The translations under genes were made by a program, and so were the position numbers. A model generated the notes under the pieces. The model did no database searches. It had not been told where the DNA came from and worked only from the letters and a program-made list of their open reading frames with translations. A DNA stretch of 64,000 nucleotides, taken from the NCBI GenBank assembly GCA_963697805.1, contig CAVOPB010000003.1:295166-359165 (forward strand), written 5' to 3'. Of this stretch, positions 52,275 through 63,072 are shown one piece after another. Each line of letters opens with the position of its first letter. The first letter of the stretch is position 1. This stretch comes from an uncultured Solirubrobacterales bacterium (GTDB lineage Bacteria > Actinomycetota > Thermoleophilia > Solirubrobacterales > 70-9).

Positions 52275-52511
52275 CTAGCGAGCCGGGACGCTCGTCCTGA
52301 TCGAGAGCGCGTGGATCTGGCCGTCCTCGAAGCGCTCGACGACCGCGGCCTTGACCAGCCGGTGTTGGTCGATCCGCGAGCGCCCCTCGAACTGGGGCGC
52401 GGCCACGGTCGCCCGCAGGTGATCGCCGGCGCCGGTCTCGTCGACGACCTCGACCTCGGCGCCGGGTAGCGCCGCCTCGATCATCGACTTGATCTCCGCC
52501 AGGTCCGCCAT
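52275..52511 (-). CDS. BolA-family protein
   Basis: 78 aa. Motifs: GDHLRATVAAPQFEGRSRIDQHRLV, IHALSIRT. Confidence 0.8.
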   Translation of the reverse strand: MADLAEIKSMIEAALPGAEVEVVDETGAGDHLRATVAAPQFEGRSRIDQHRLVKAAVVERFEDGQIHALSIRTSVPAR

Positions 52512-52559
52512 CGCGGCGCGATTCTACGGGCTGGTTGCGCCGCACTAGGATCGTCGCCC

Positions 52560-53453
52560 ATGGGATGGGAAGAGGTTCGCTTCGCGGCGGGCGAGGGCCG
52601 GTGTGTGGGCCGTCTGTATCGAACGGATGCCAACGTTCCCTCTCCCTGCGTGGTGATGGGCTCGGGGTTCTCCTGTGTGCGGGACCAGGGCCTCGACGCC
52701 TTCGCCGAGCGCCTCGCCGAGGCCGGGTTCGCAGCCCTCGCGTTCGACTATCGCCACTGGGGGGAGAGCGAGGGCGAGCCGCGTCAGCTGGCCGACTCCG
52801 CCCGCCATCGCGCCGACTGGAAGGCGGCGATCGCCCATGTCAAAGCCCTCGAGGAGATCGACTCCACCCGGATCGCGCTCTGGTCCTACTCGCTGGGAAC
52901 CGGCCACATCCAGTCGCTGGCGGCGGACGGGCTCGAGGTTCGGGCTCTGGTCTGCGTCGCGCCCCTTCTCAACGGGAGGAGCAGCCTCCTCCACATCGGC
53001 GGCCCTCGCCATCTGGCGAAGTTGACCGGGGCGGGCTTGCGCGACGCGACCCGTGCACTCCGGGGGGCCGATCCCTATCGGATCCCGGCGATCGGAGACC
53101 CCGGCTCGCTCGCCGTCATCAACAGCCCTGAATCGGTCGCCGGTTTCGACGCGATCACGCCGCCCGGGTCGAGCTGGCGCAACGAGGTCTGCGCCCGGGT
53201 CGCCCTCTCACCTCCCTACAACCTGGTGAGAAAGGCAAGACGGATCGCTTGCCCGGCCCTGTACTGCGTCTTCGAGTCGGACGACGTCAATCCGCCCGAG
53301 CTCGGCAGGCGTGCCGCCCGGCTGGCCCCGCGCGGCGAGCTTCGTGAATATCCGGGCGGCCACTACGCCGCCTTCTCGGAGGCGGTCTTCGACCGAGTGC
53401 TGTCCGATCAACTCGAGTTCCTCGGCCGCCACCTGGGGCCGGGTCCGGGCTAG
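52560..53453 (+). CDS. Alpha/beta-hydrolase fold protein
   Basis: 297 aa. VVMGSGFSCVRD.. and a nucleophile-elbow-like LWSYSLGTG. Its TAG overlaps the stop of the convergent fprA-like gene (CTAG at 53450-53453). Confidence 0.65.
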   Translation: MGWEEVRFAAGEGRCVGRLYRTDANVPSPCVVMGSGFSCVRDQGLDAFAERLAEAGFAALAFDYRHWGESEGEPRQLADSARHRADWKAAIAHVKALEEIDSTRIALWSYSLGTGHIQSLAADGLEVRALVCVAPLLNGRSSLLHIGGPRHLAKLTGAGLRDATRALRGADPYRIPAIGDPGSLAVINSPESVAGFDAITPPGSSWRNEVCARVALSPPYNLVRKARRIACPALYCVFESDDVNPPELGRRAARLAPRGELREYPGGHYAAFSEAVFDRVLSDQLEFLGRHLGPGPG

Positions 53454-54856
53454 CTGGAGATCTTCTCGCCGAGGGCGTCGAGCATCTCCTCGACCCTGAC
53501 GAACTTCACCCGCGGGCGGCCGTGGGGCTCGCCGCGGCCGACCTCGGCCTGGTCGATCGCCTGCCAGTCCTCGAAGCTGACGAAGCGGACCCCCCGCTCG
53601 CCGAGGAGATCCTCGACCGCGCCCGGATCGGGGTCGGCGGGCGCGAGGAGGGTGCCGGCCTCGATATCGGCCAGCAGGTGCCTGACGGTCTCCAGCGCGT
53701 CTTTCTTGTTGGTCCCGATCACTCCCGAGGGGCCCCGCTTGATCCAGCCCGCGGTGTAGTGGCCGACCTTGTGGCCCGCGTCGTGGGAGTCGAGCACCCG
53801 GCCGCCGTCGTTGAGGATCAGGCCGCGGCTCTCGTCGAAGGGCACGCCCTCGATCGGGATCCCGGTGTAGCCGACCGAGCGCAGGATCAGCCCGCAGTCG
53901 AGCTCCTCGCGCTCGCCGCTGTCGCGGGCGCGCAGCGATCCGCTCTCCTCGACCAGCTCGTTGCGGCCGATCACGACCTTCTCGACCCTGCCGTCGCCCT
54001 CGATCTCGATCGGCGAGGCGAGGAAGCGCAGCACGATCCGCCGCGGCTTGCCCTCGGGCTGGCGCTGGGAGAACTCGCGCAAGGTCTCGACGTTGACCCG
54101 GGTTGTCTTGTCGGCCTCGTCGGATTCCAGGAAGGCGGCGCTGGCGGGGTCGAGTTCGACCTCCGCCGGGTCGACGATGACGTCGGCCTCCGCCATCTCG
54201 CCGAGCTCCTTGATCTCGGGATTCGTGAACGCGGCCTGCGCCGGACCGCGGCGGCCGAGGACGACGATCTCGCGGATCGCGCTGCGGTCGAGGGCCTCGA
54301 TCGCGTGGTCGGCGGTGTCGGTCTCGCGCAGCTCGGCATCGGTCAGGGCGAGCATCCGAGCGACGTCCATCGCGACGTTGCCGTTGCCGATCACGACCGC
54401 CCGTTCGGAGCTGAGGTCGAACTCCTCCTCGCAGTAGTCGGGATGGGCGTTGTACCAGCCGACGAACGCCGTCGCCGCGTGGCTCCCGGGGAGCTCCTCG
54501 CCGGGGATGCCGAGCCGGCGGTCGGTCTCGCAGCCGACCGTGTAGACGATCGCGTGGTAGAGGCGCTCGAGGTCCTCGACCTCGATGTCGTGCCCGACCT
54601 TGACGTTGCCGAAGAAGCGGAAGCCCTCACGGGCGGCGGTTTTTTCATAGACCCGGATCACGGACTTGATCTTCGGGTGGTCCGGCGCCACCCCGCCGCG
54701 GACGAGGCCGAACGGGGTCGGAAGCCGGTCGAAGAGGTCGACCTGGGCGTGCGTCGCCTCGTCTTTGAGGATGTGCTCAGCCGCGTAGAAGCCGGAGGGC
54801 CCGGCGCCGACAATGGCGATGCGGACGGGGGTATCTGGAGTGCCTACGGTGCTCAT
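53450..54856 (-). CDS. Ferredoxin/adrenodoxin-NADP+ reductase (FprA-like)
   Basis: Starts MSTVGTPDTPVRIAIVGAGPSGFYAA at the ATG at 54856. Motifs: PTPFGLVRGGVAPDHPKIK, VVIGNGNVAMDVARML. The 743-aa track ORF is a 5' over-extension. Confidence 0.85.
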   Translation of the reverse strand: MSTVGTPDTPVRIAIVGAGPSGFYAAEHILKDEATHAQVDLFDRLPTPFGLVRGGVAPDHPKIKSVIRVYEKTAAREGFRFFGNVKVGHDIEVEDLERLYHAIVYTVGCETDRRLGIPGEELPGSHAATAFVGWYNAHPDYCEEEFDLSSERAVVIGNGNVAMDVARMLALTDAELRETDTADHAIEALDRSAIREIVVLGRRGPAQAAFTNPEIKELGEMAEADVIVDPAEVELDPASAAFLESDEADKTTRVNVETLREFSQRQPEGKPRRIVLRFLASPIEIEGDGRVEKVVIGRNELVEESGSLRARDSGEREELDCGLILRSVGYTGIPIEGVPFDESRGLILNDGGRVLDSHDAGHKVGHYTAGWIKRGPSGVIGTNKKDALETVRHLLADIEAGTLLAPADPDPGAVEDLLGERGVRFVSFEDWQAIDQAEVGRGEPHGRPRVKFVRVEEMLDALGEKISS

Positions 54857-54888
54857 CGGGACGCGAAAGGATAGGGAACGCGCGTTCG

Positions 54889-55593
54889 CTAGGTCGCCGC
54901 AGCGACGGCGCTCGGCGTCCCGTCGAGGGCGTCGAGGGCCTTGGGTGGCGACATCGCGACGCAGGTGAAGATCGGGGTCTCGCGCTCGGTGAAGGCGCTC
55001 GACTCGGTCGGGCGGAGCTCCTGGACGAGATCGAGGAACTCGCCCGGGTCGTCGCCCTCGAAGGCGACGACGAACTCCTGGTCGTCGAGGCCGAACGAGT
55101 AGGTCGTGTTGATCGTGATCTCGGGATGGCGGCGGCCGACCTCGATGTGGCTCTTCATGATCTGGCCGCGCTCCTCGTCCGGCAGCCCGTACCAGCGGCG
55201 CTGCTTGACCATCGGGTAGAGGAACAGGTACTTGCGCTCGGAGACGCAGATTTCCGGCCTCGCCGCCTCGTCCGAGTATTGCGAGCGTTTCGTCATCGAG
55301 AGGTAGGAGTAGGGCGTGCTCGCCCACTTCGCGAGGCCGCTCTGGCCGAGGACGACGTGGAAGGTGTGGATGTCGTCGAGGTTCGGGCTCTGGCTGAGCA
55401 GGAGGAGGTCGACGTCGCCGCGCGTGCCTATGGTTGAGTAGGCGCGGAGCGAGCGGTCGAGGGCGAAGTCCTCGCAGGCGGCCAGGAACTCCTGCTTGTC
55501 GGTTGCGCGCAGCTCGGCGTCGCGGCGGCGCCACTCGGGGTCGATCTTGAAGAAAGTGAACTTGGCGAACGTGCGATCGGCCATCGGGGTCAC
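54889..55593 (-). CDS. Chlorite-dismutase-family coproheme decarboxylase (HemQ/ChdC-like)
   Basis: 234 aa. Motifs: FAKFTFFKIDPEWRR, YLFLYPMVKQRRWY, IMKSHIEVGRRHP, SFGLDDQEFVVAFE. The ATG at 55584 is an alternative start. Confidence 0.8.
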   Translation of the reverse strand: MTPMADRTFAKFTFFKIDPEWRRRDAELRATDKQEFLAACEDFALDRSLRAYSTIGTRGDVDLLLLSQSPNLDDIHTFHVVLGQSGLAKWASTPYSYLSMTKRSQYSDEAARPEICVSERKYLFLYPMVKQRRWYGLPDEERGQIMKSHIEVGRRHPEITINTTYSFGLDDQEFVVAFEGDDPGEFLDLVQELRPTESSAFTERETPIFTCVAMSPPKALDALDGTPSAVAAAT

Positions 55594-57388
55594 GATAGCG
55601 ACCGTGTTGCTTGCGGCGCCGGGGACCGGACAGGGCGCTCAACGCGATGTATCGCTTCCTGCCCGGTCCCCGGCGCCTCACGTAGTGCTCGCGTTCGTGC
55701 CCCGTGGGACCACCCCTCAGCGGCTGGCGAGGGCCGGTTTCTCGCCGGGGCTGATGAGCGCCGGGCTCGGGAGCGTCCCGGCGGGGCAGACGTATCTGGA
55801 CATCGGTCAGGGAAACCGGGTCTTCGACTCGCTGTACGACCGCGACCTGCCGCCGTTGTGCCGATCCTTCGACGAAGTTGAAGAACGCGCAGCTTCCGCG
55901 CCGGCGGAAATCGAGCCGGCTCTTCTAATTACTGCTCTCGAAGGAAAGGGGGCCGCGGACTTCTTTGTGAACAGCGCGTCGTCGTGTGCGTTCGGGCTCA
56001 CCAATCACACCGGCCGAACCTCGGCCGCCGAGGGGGTCTTCGAAATCAGCGATCTGTCCCTGGCCCGCGCTGCGGCCCTGCGAGATCGGGCCAAGCTCGT
56101 AATCGCGATTGAGCGGCCGCCGCCGGCGAAGGACCGGGCTCTCGCGATCGGGATCGCAGGCTCGGGGTTCGACGGAAACCTGACCTCCGACAGCACCCGC
56201 CTCGATGGCTACGTCCTCTCGACCGACGTCGCGCCGACGATTCTCGATTTCTTCGGCATCCCTATCCCGGACGAAATGTCGGGGCAACCGATCCGCTCGG
56301 TGGGTGCGGTCGATCCCGCCGCGGTCGAATCGCTCGGCGACCGGATGGCGGTCATCTCTGAACGCCGCGGCCCGGTGATCGGGCTGGCGTTACTGGTTTG
56401 GCTTCTCCCGCTCGCGATCGTCGCGGCGCTCGCGCGCGGGGGAGGGGCCGCCCGCGAAGCCGTCAGGGTCGTCGGCCTCAGCGTCGTCTATCTGCCGCTC
56501 GTCCTTCTGATCGGAGCTGCGGTCGAGCCGAGCAAGGGCGTCGAAATGGCCCTGACGATCGTCCTCTCGCCGCTGCTGGCCTGGATCACGCTGCGTCTCG
56601 TCGGCGGCTACCGGGCGCTCGCGGTGGCCAGCGCCGCGACCGTGCTCGCCACGGCGATCGACGTCATTGCCGGCTCCCCCCTCACGGCGCTCTCGCTGCT
56701 CGGTCCCAACCCGGGCCTGGGGGTTCGCTTCTACGGGATCGGCAACGAGCTCGAGGCGCTGCTCGCGGTCCTGGTCATCGCCGGCACCGGCGCGGCGCTG
56801 GCCGGCTTCGTCCCGCAACTTGCTCGGTCCCGCGCGGCCGCCTGCTTCCTGGTCGTCGGGCTGGTCCTCGCGTTCGTCTTCGCCGTCGGCCGTTTCGGCG
56901 CTGACGTCGGGGCCGCGATCGTCCTGCCGTTCGGCGCCGCGGTGGCGGCCACGGCGATCGGCGCCCGGGGCCTGCGATCGGGGCTCCTCATCGTCGTCGT
57001 CCCGATCGCGGCCGTCGCCCTGCTCGCCCTGATCGACCTCGCCTCCGGTGCGAACTCCCACCTGACCCGCTCAGTGCTTGACGCGGGCGGGTTCGACCAG
57101 GTCGCCGAGGTCGCCCAGCGCCGGCTCGAGCTCTCCGCGCACAGCTTCGCGCGGCCGATCGTGTACCTGTTCATGCCCCTCGTGATCGCGGCGGCGGCAC
57201 TGGCTTACGTCGGGCGCGATCGGATCGCCGGATGGCTGCGCGGGGTTCCCGCCGTGCGAGCCGGGATGCTCGGTGCCCTCGCCGCGGTCGTGATCGGGGC
57301 CGTGGCCAATGACTCGGGCGCCCTGGTGATCGAGATCGGGGCCGCCTACCTGCTGGTGTTCACAGGCTTCGCCTGGGCCGAGAACTGA
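55571..57388 (+). CDS. Large polytopic membrane protein with an N-terminal extracytoplasmic domain of about 270 aa, hypothetical
   Basis: I chose the GTG at 55571 because it gives a signal-like N-terminus (VRSAIGVTIATVLLAAPGTGQGA). About 10 hydrophobic spans occur from about 56370 onward. I recognise no family. Confidence 0.55.
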   Translation: MRSAIGVTIATVLLAAPGTGQGAQRDVSLPARSPAPHVVLAFVPRGTTPQRLARAGFSPGLMSAGLGSVPAGQTYLDIGQGNRVFDSLYDRDLPPLCRSFDEVEERAASAPAEIEPALLITALEGKGAADFFVNSASSCAFGLTNHTGRTSAAEGVFEISDLSLARAAALRDRAKLVIAIERPPPAKDRALAIGIAGSGFDGNLTSDSTRLDGYVLSTDVAPTILDFFGIPIPDEMSGQPIRSVGAVDPAAVESLGDRMAVISERRGPVIGLALLVWLLPLAIVAALARGGGAAREAVRVVGLSVVYLPLVLLIGAAVEPSKGVEMALTIVLSPLLAWITLRLVGGYRALAVASAATVLATAIDVIAGSPLTALSLLGPNPGLGVRFYGIGNELEALLAVLVIAGTGAALAGFVPQLARSRAAACFLVVGLVLAFVFAVGRFGADVGAAIVLPFGAAVAATAIGARGLRSGLLIVVVPIAAVALLALIDLASGANSHLTRSVLDAGGFDQVAEVAQRRLELSAHSFARPIVYLFMPLVIAAAALAYVGRDRIAGWLRGVPAVRAGMLGALAAVVIGAVANDSGALVIEIGAAYLLVFTGFAWAEN

Positions 57389-59584
<2,196 letters not shown>

Positions 59585-59662
59585 GCGATCCATCACATAG
59601 GAACGCTCAGGCCGAGCCGCCCTGTAGGTCGGGGCCGGTCGATCCTCTAGGCTGTGTGACCC

Positions 59663-61990
59663 GTGCGGATAGCTCTCGTCTCGCCATATTCCTGGTCTTA
59701 CCAGGGAGGCGTGAACAGGCACGTAGAGGCGCTCGCCGAGGAGTATCTAGGTCGAGGCCATCACGTTCGTGTTCTCGCTCCCGTCGACCCCCCTGGCCAG
59801 ATCAGCCGGGTGCTCCATCGTGCGCCCGCCGAATCGAAGGAGCTCCCCGACTACCTGGTGCCGCTCGGCCGCACCGCGGGGTTCTCCGCCAACGGTGCCG
59901 TCTCCAACCTCGCGCCGTTCCCGGCCGGCGGCGTCCTCGCTCCACGGCGCGAGCTCCGCAAGGGTCGTTTTGACGTCATCCACATCCACGAGCCGGCGGT
60001 TCCCCTGGTCGGCTGGAACGCCGCGCTCGGGGCCGAGGTCCCGGCGGTCGGCACCTTCCACGCCTACTCGACGAAGGCGCTTCCGAATCACATCGCCACC
60101 GCACTCGGCGCGCGGCGGGTCTTCAACCGCCTCTCGGCCCGGATCGCCGTCTCCGAGGCCGCCGCCTGGACCGGCCGGCGCTGGTTCGGTGGCCGCTATG
60201 AGATCGTCCCCAACGGGGTCGACGTCGACGCCGCCCCCGGCGGCCCGAAGCCCCCGAGCGAGGAGCTTCGGGTGCTGTTCGTGGGCCGGCCCGAGGAGCG
60301 GAAGGGGCTGCCTATTCTGCTCACCGCGTTCGGCGCCCTCGCCGAACACGTGCCCTGCCGGCTGACCGTGATCGGCGCCGATCACGGCGACGTTCTCCGT
60401 TACCTTGCCGATCCGGAGACGATGAGCCACATCGACGTCCGCGGCCGCGTCTCGGGCGACGAGCTCTGGCGACAGCTCCACGACGCCGATGTCCTCTGCG
60501 CCCCCTCGCTCGCCGGCGAGAGCTTCGGGATGGTGCTGACCGAGGCGTTCGCGGCGGGAACGCCGGCGATCGCCTCCGCCATCGCCGGCTACAGCGACGT
60601 TGTCACCGACGGGGTCGACGGTGTGCTGGTCCCACCCGGCGACCCGCAGCGCCTCGCCGAGGAGCTCCAGCGCGCCCACCTCGAGCCCGAGCGGCTCGCG
60701 GCGATGGGACGCGCCGCGCGCGACAGCGCCCAGCGCTACGCCTGGCCCCGGGTTGCCGATCGCGTCACCCAGGTCTATGAGCGGGCGATCGAGGCCCCGG
60801 CACCGGTGACGAGAACCGAACGCACCGCCCACTGGGTCGGCCTGCGCCCCGCCGATGGCCATCCGCCGGCGCCGCCGCAGAAGCTGCCCTCGCCAGATCC
60901 GCCGCTCGCCGCCGACGGCAGCCGCGGCCGCCGCATCGCACGCCGGGCCGGGCTCGCCGTGGCCGGCGCGCTCGGCATCGGCCTGACCGCCCTCGCGGCG
61001 CAGAAAATCGGCGTCGACAAAGTGCTCTCCAGCATCGTCCGCTCTGACGTCAGCTGGGTGCTGATCGCATGCGCCCTGATGTCCATCTCCCTCTTCTTCC
61101 GCGCCGCCTCCTGGTACTGGATCGTCCGTGCGGCGCTGCCCAACCGCCCCGTCCGTCGCCGCGACGTGACCTCGGCGACGATGATCGGGGTGCTGATGTC
61201 GGCGACCCTCCCTGCCCGTCTCGGCGAGCCGGCGCGCGCGATGACGCTCGCCCGCAGGACCGGCCGGATGCGGGAAACCTTCCCGGTCCTGCTCGGGACC
61301 ATCGTGTCGCAGACGGTGCTCAACCTCATTGCCCTGGTGATGCTCGGGGTGATCATCGTCTCGACCACTGACCTGTTCCACTCGAGCACGCAGAAGATCT
61401 TCGCCTTCAGCCTCGTCCCGCTCGGGGTGCTGCTCCTGGTCCTGCTGGCGCCGTTGCTGATGCGCCGCAACGGCAACGGCCGCTTTGCCCGTCTCAGCGC
61501 TGCCCTGCAGTCCGCCCTGGTCCAGGTGCGGGCCGGCCTCGCCGTCTTCCGCAAACCTCGCCTCGGGATTGCCGCGGCGATCGCCCAGCTTTGCGCCTGG
61601 GCAATCCAACTCACCGCCTGCTGGGCACTCTTCGCCGCCCTCGGCCTCGATCACCGGGTCGGAATCGGCGCCGCCGCGGCCGTGCTCTTCGCGGTCAACG
61701 TGACTGCCGTCGTGCCGGCGACGCCCTCCAACATCGGCGTCTTCCAGTTCGCCGTCTTCAGCGTCCTCACCACCGGCTTCAACGTCGGCACCGCCGACGC
61801 GCTCGCCTATGGCGTGATCCTGCAGGCGGTCGAGATCGCGACCGCGGTCGCTCTCGGGCTGCCGGCCCTGGTCCGCGAGGGCATGACCTGGAGCGACCTC
61901 CGTGTCCAGGCGCTCTCGGCGGCGCCGGTGCATCTCGAGCCGAAGCCCCGCCCTCGCCACAGCAGTGAGCGCGAGGGCGTAAGGATCTAG
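59663..61990 (+). CDS. Fusion of a GT4 glycosyltransferase (PimA-like) with a lysyl-PG-synthase-TM/flippase-like membrane domain
   Basis: 775 aa. N-terminal half: MRIALVSPYSWSYQGGVNRHV, then ESFGMVLTEAFAAGTPAI (the E-x7-E region). The C-terminal half has about 8 TM spans (VLIACALMSISLFFRAASWYWIV...). Confidence 0.75.
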   Translation: MRIALVSPYSWSYQGGVNRHVEALAEEYLGRGHHVRVLAPVDPPGQISRVLHRAPAESKELPDYLVPLGRTAGFSANGAVSNLAPFPAGGVLAPRRELRKGRFDVIHIHEPAVPLVGWNAALGAEVPAVGTFHAYSTKALPNHIATALGARRVFNRLSARIAVSEAAAWTGRRWFGGRYEIVPNGVDVDAAPGGPKPPSEELRVLFVGRPEERKGLPILLTAFGALAEHVPCRLTVIGADHGDVLRYLADPETMSHIDVRGRVSGDELWRQLHDADVLCAPSLAGESFGMVLTEAFAAGTPAIASAIAGYSDVVTDGVDGVLVPPGDPQRLAEELQRAHLEPERLAAMGRAARDSAQRYAWPRVADRVTQVYERAIEAPAPVTRTERTAHWVGLRPADGHPPAPPQKLPSPDPPLAADGSRGRRIARRAGLAVAGALGIGLTALAAQKIGVDKVLSSIVRSDVSWVLIACALMSISLFFRAASWYWIVRAALPNRPVRRRDVTSATMIGVLMSATLPARLGEPARAMTLARRTGRMRETFPVLLGTIVSQTVLNLIALVMLGVIIVSTTDLFHSSTQKIFAFSLVPLGVLLLVLLAPLLMRRNGNGRFARLSAALQSALVQVRAGLAVFRKPRLGIAAAIAQLCAWAIQLTACWALFAALGLDHRVGIGAAAAVLFAVNVTAVVPATPSNIGVFQFAVFSVLTTGFNVGTADALAYGVILQAVEIATAVALGLPALVREGMTWSDLRVQALSAAPVHLEPKPRPRHSSEREGVRI

Positions 61991-62017
61991 CCCCTCAGCC
62001 GTGCGGTTCCTTATTCA
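61991..62017. repeat. Left arm of the inverted repeat flanking the DUF559 gene
   Basis: CCCCTCAGCCGTGCGGTTCCTTATTCA. Its reverse complement matches 63046-63071 (TGAATAAGGAACCGCACGGC-GAGGGG) with 20 perfect bp plus 6 bp after a 1-nt indel. The arm starts 1 nt after the TAG of the GT4 fusion gene. Confidence 0.8.
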
Positions 62018-62972
62018 TCGTGGGGGTGTCTTGGGAACCACGCCCCCGCAGCATGCGACCGATTCGCGCGACGGTACCGTCGAGGTCTTCGATGATGTCG
62101 CTCCAGGTGACCCGTGCGACCGTGTACCCGGCTGCGATGAGGATCTGATCGCGTCGTCTATCGCGCCGGAAGGCGACTGGCGTTCCGTGCGTGGCCTCGC
62201 CGTCCGTTTCGATGATCAGCCGCTCTGTTGCCCAGAGGAAGTCGGGTCGGAAGCGATGCTCCCCCACCGTGATCATTCGGTTGCACTGGGGTCGACCGAG
62301 CCCGCGCGCGAGCAGGATCGGAAGGACCCGAGCCTCGAACTTGCTCCTGACGTCGGGCGGGTCGCCGACCGCCGGACCCCATTCCTCGATGATTCGCCGC
62401 AAACTGGCGATGCCCCGCCTGCCCCTCCCGGATTTCAGCGCGAGGTCGACGTCGGATAGGTCGAGGAGCTGGTGGACGGCCGCAGCCTCGACCGCCCGTT
62501 TCAGGGAGGCCCGTCCGACGGTTCCGGCGAGGTCGACCAGCGTCCGAGCCGGTGTGGTGCAGGGAATCCCATCGACAGCCATCACCTCACGGGCGTTTGG
62601 ATATCGGCACCTTCGCGCACGGATGCCGTCGATCTTCCTGCCCGCCTCACAAGGGACGATCACGTCGACGAGGGCGGGGGATCGGTCCCAGATTCCCAAC
62701 AGCGCAGCAGCCGTTCCGTGTGAGACGGTCGCGCCCTCACCGCAGGCGAGGACCGCGGCCAGAAGTCGACCACGGTTGCCGATGGAACGGTGACCGATGG
62801 CGTAGACCCCACGGTGAATCCGGTAATAGCGGCCGAGGGTTGTCCTATGACTGACAGCCTGTGGGCTCAGGCCGGCGTCACCGAGCTGACTCGATGAGAC
62901 GAGGCCGTGCTGGTTCGTCGCAATCTCGCCGATCCTGTGGTCAGGACCGACGCGGTTCCTTCCTTCCGCCAT
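61995..62972 (-). CDS. DUF559 (Vsr-like endonuclease fold) protein with an AbiEi-like N-terminal domain
   Basis: 325 aa. N-terminal: HGLVSSSQLGDAGLSPQAVSHRTTLGRYYRIHRGVYAIG. C-terminal: FRPDFLWATERLIIETDGEATHGTPVAFRRDRRRDQILIAAGYTVARVTWSDI. Confidence 0.75.
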   Translation of the reverse strand: MAEGRNRVGPDHRIGEIATNQHGLVSSSQLGDAGLSPQAVSHRTTLGRYYRIHRGVYAIGHRSIGNRGRLLAAVLACGEGATVSHGTAAALLGIWDRSPALVDVIVPCEAGRKIDGIRARRCRYPNAREVMAVDGIPCTTPARTLVDLAGTVGRASLKRAVEAAAVHQLLDLSDVDLALKSGRGRRGIASLRRIIEEWGPAVGDPPDVRSKFEARVLPILLARGLGRPQCNRMITVGEHRFRPDFLWATERLIIETDGEATHGTPVAFRRDRRRDQILIAAGYTVARVTWSDIIEDLDGTVARIGRMLRGRGSQDTPTMNKEPHG

Positions 62973-63045
62973 GCCGCATCAAGGCACCGCGACTTGATGA
63001 TCGTCCCCCCTGCATTGGCGCGCGGTTCCTTTTGGACCGCACATG

Positions 63046-63071
63046 TGAATAAGGAACCGCACGGCGAGGGG
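63046..63071. repeat. Right arm of the inverted repeat flanking the DUF559 gene
   Basis: TGAATAAGGAACCGCACGGCGAGGGG. It ends 1-2 nt before the stop (63073-63075) of the convergent metH fragment. Confidence 0.8.
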
Positions 63072-63072
63072 G

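Noticed and set aside
53450-53453. Overlapping convergent stop codons (CTAG) of the hydrolase and FprA-like genes, and shared CATG divergent starts at 32024-32027.
   Set aside because: These are real features of the sequence, but they are simple consequences of extreme gene packing. They are mentioned in the feature evidence and do not indicate a separate element.
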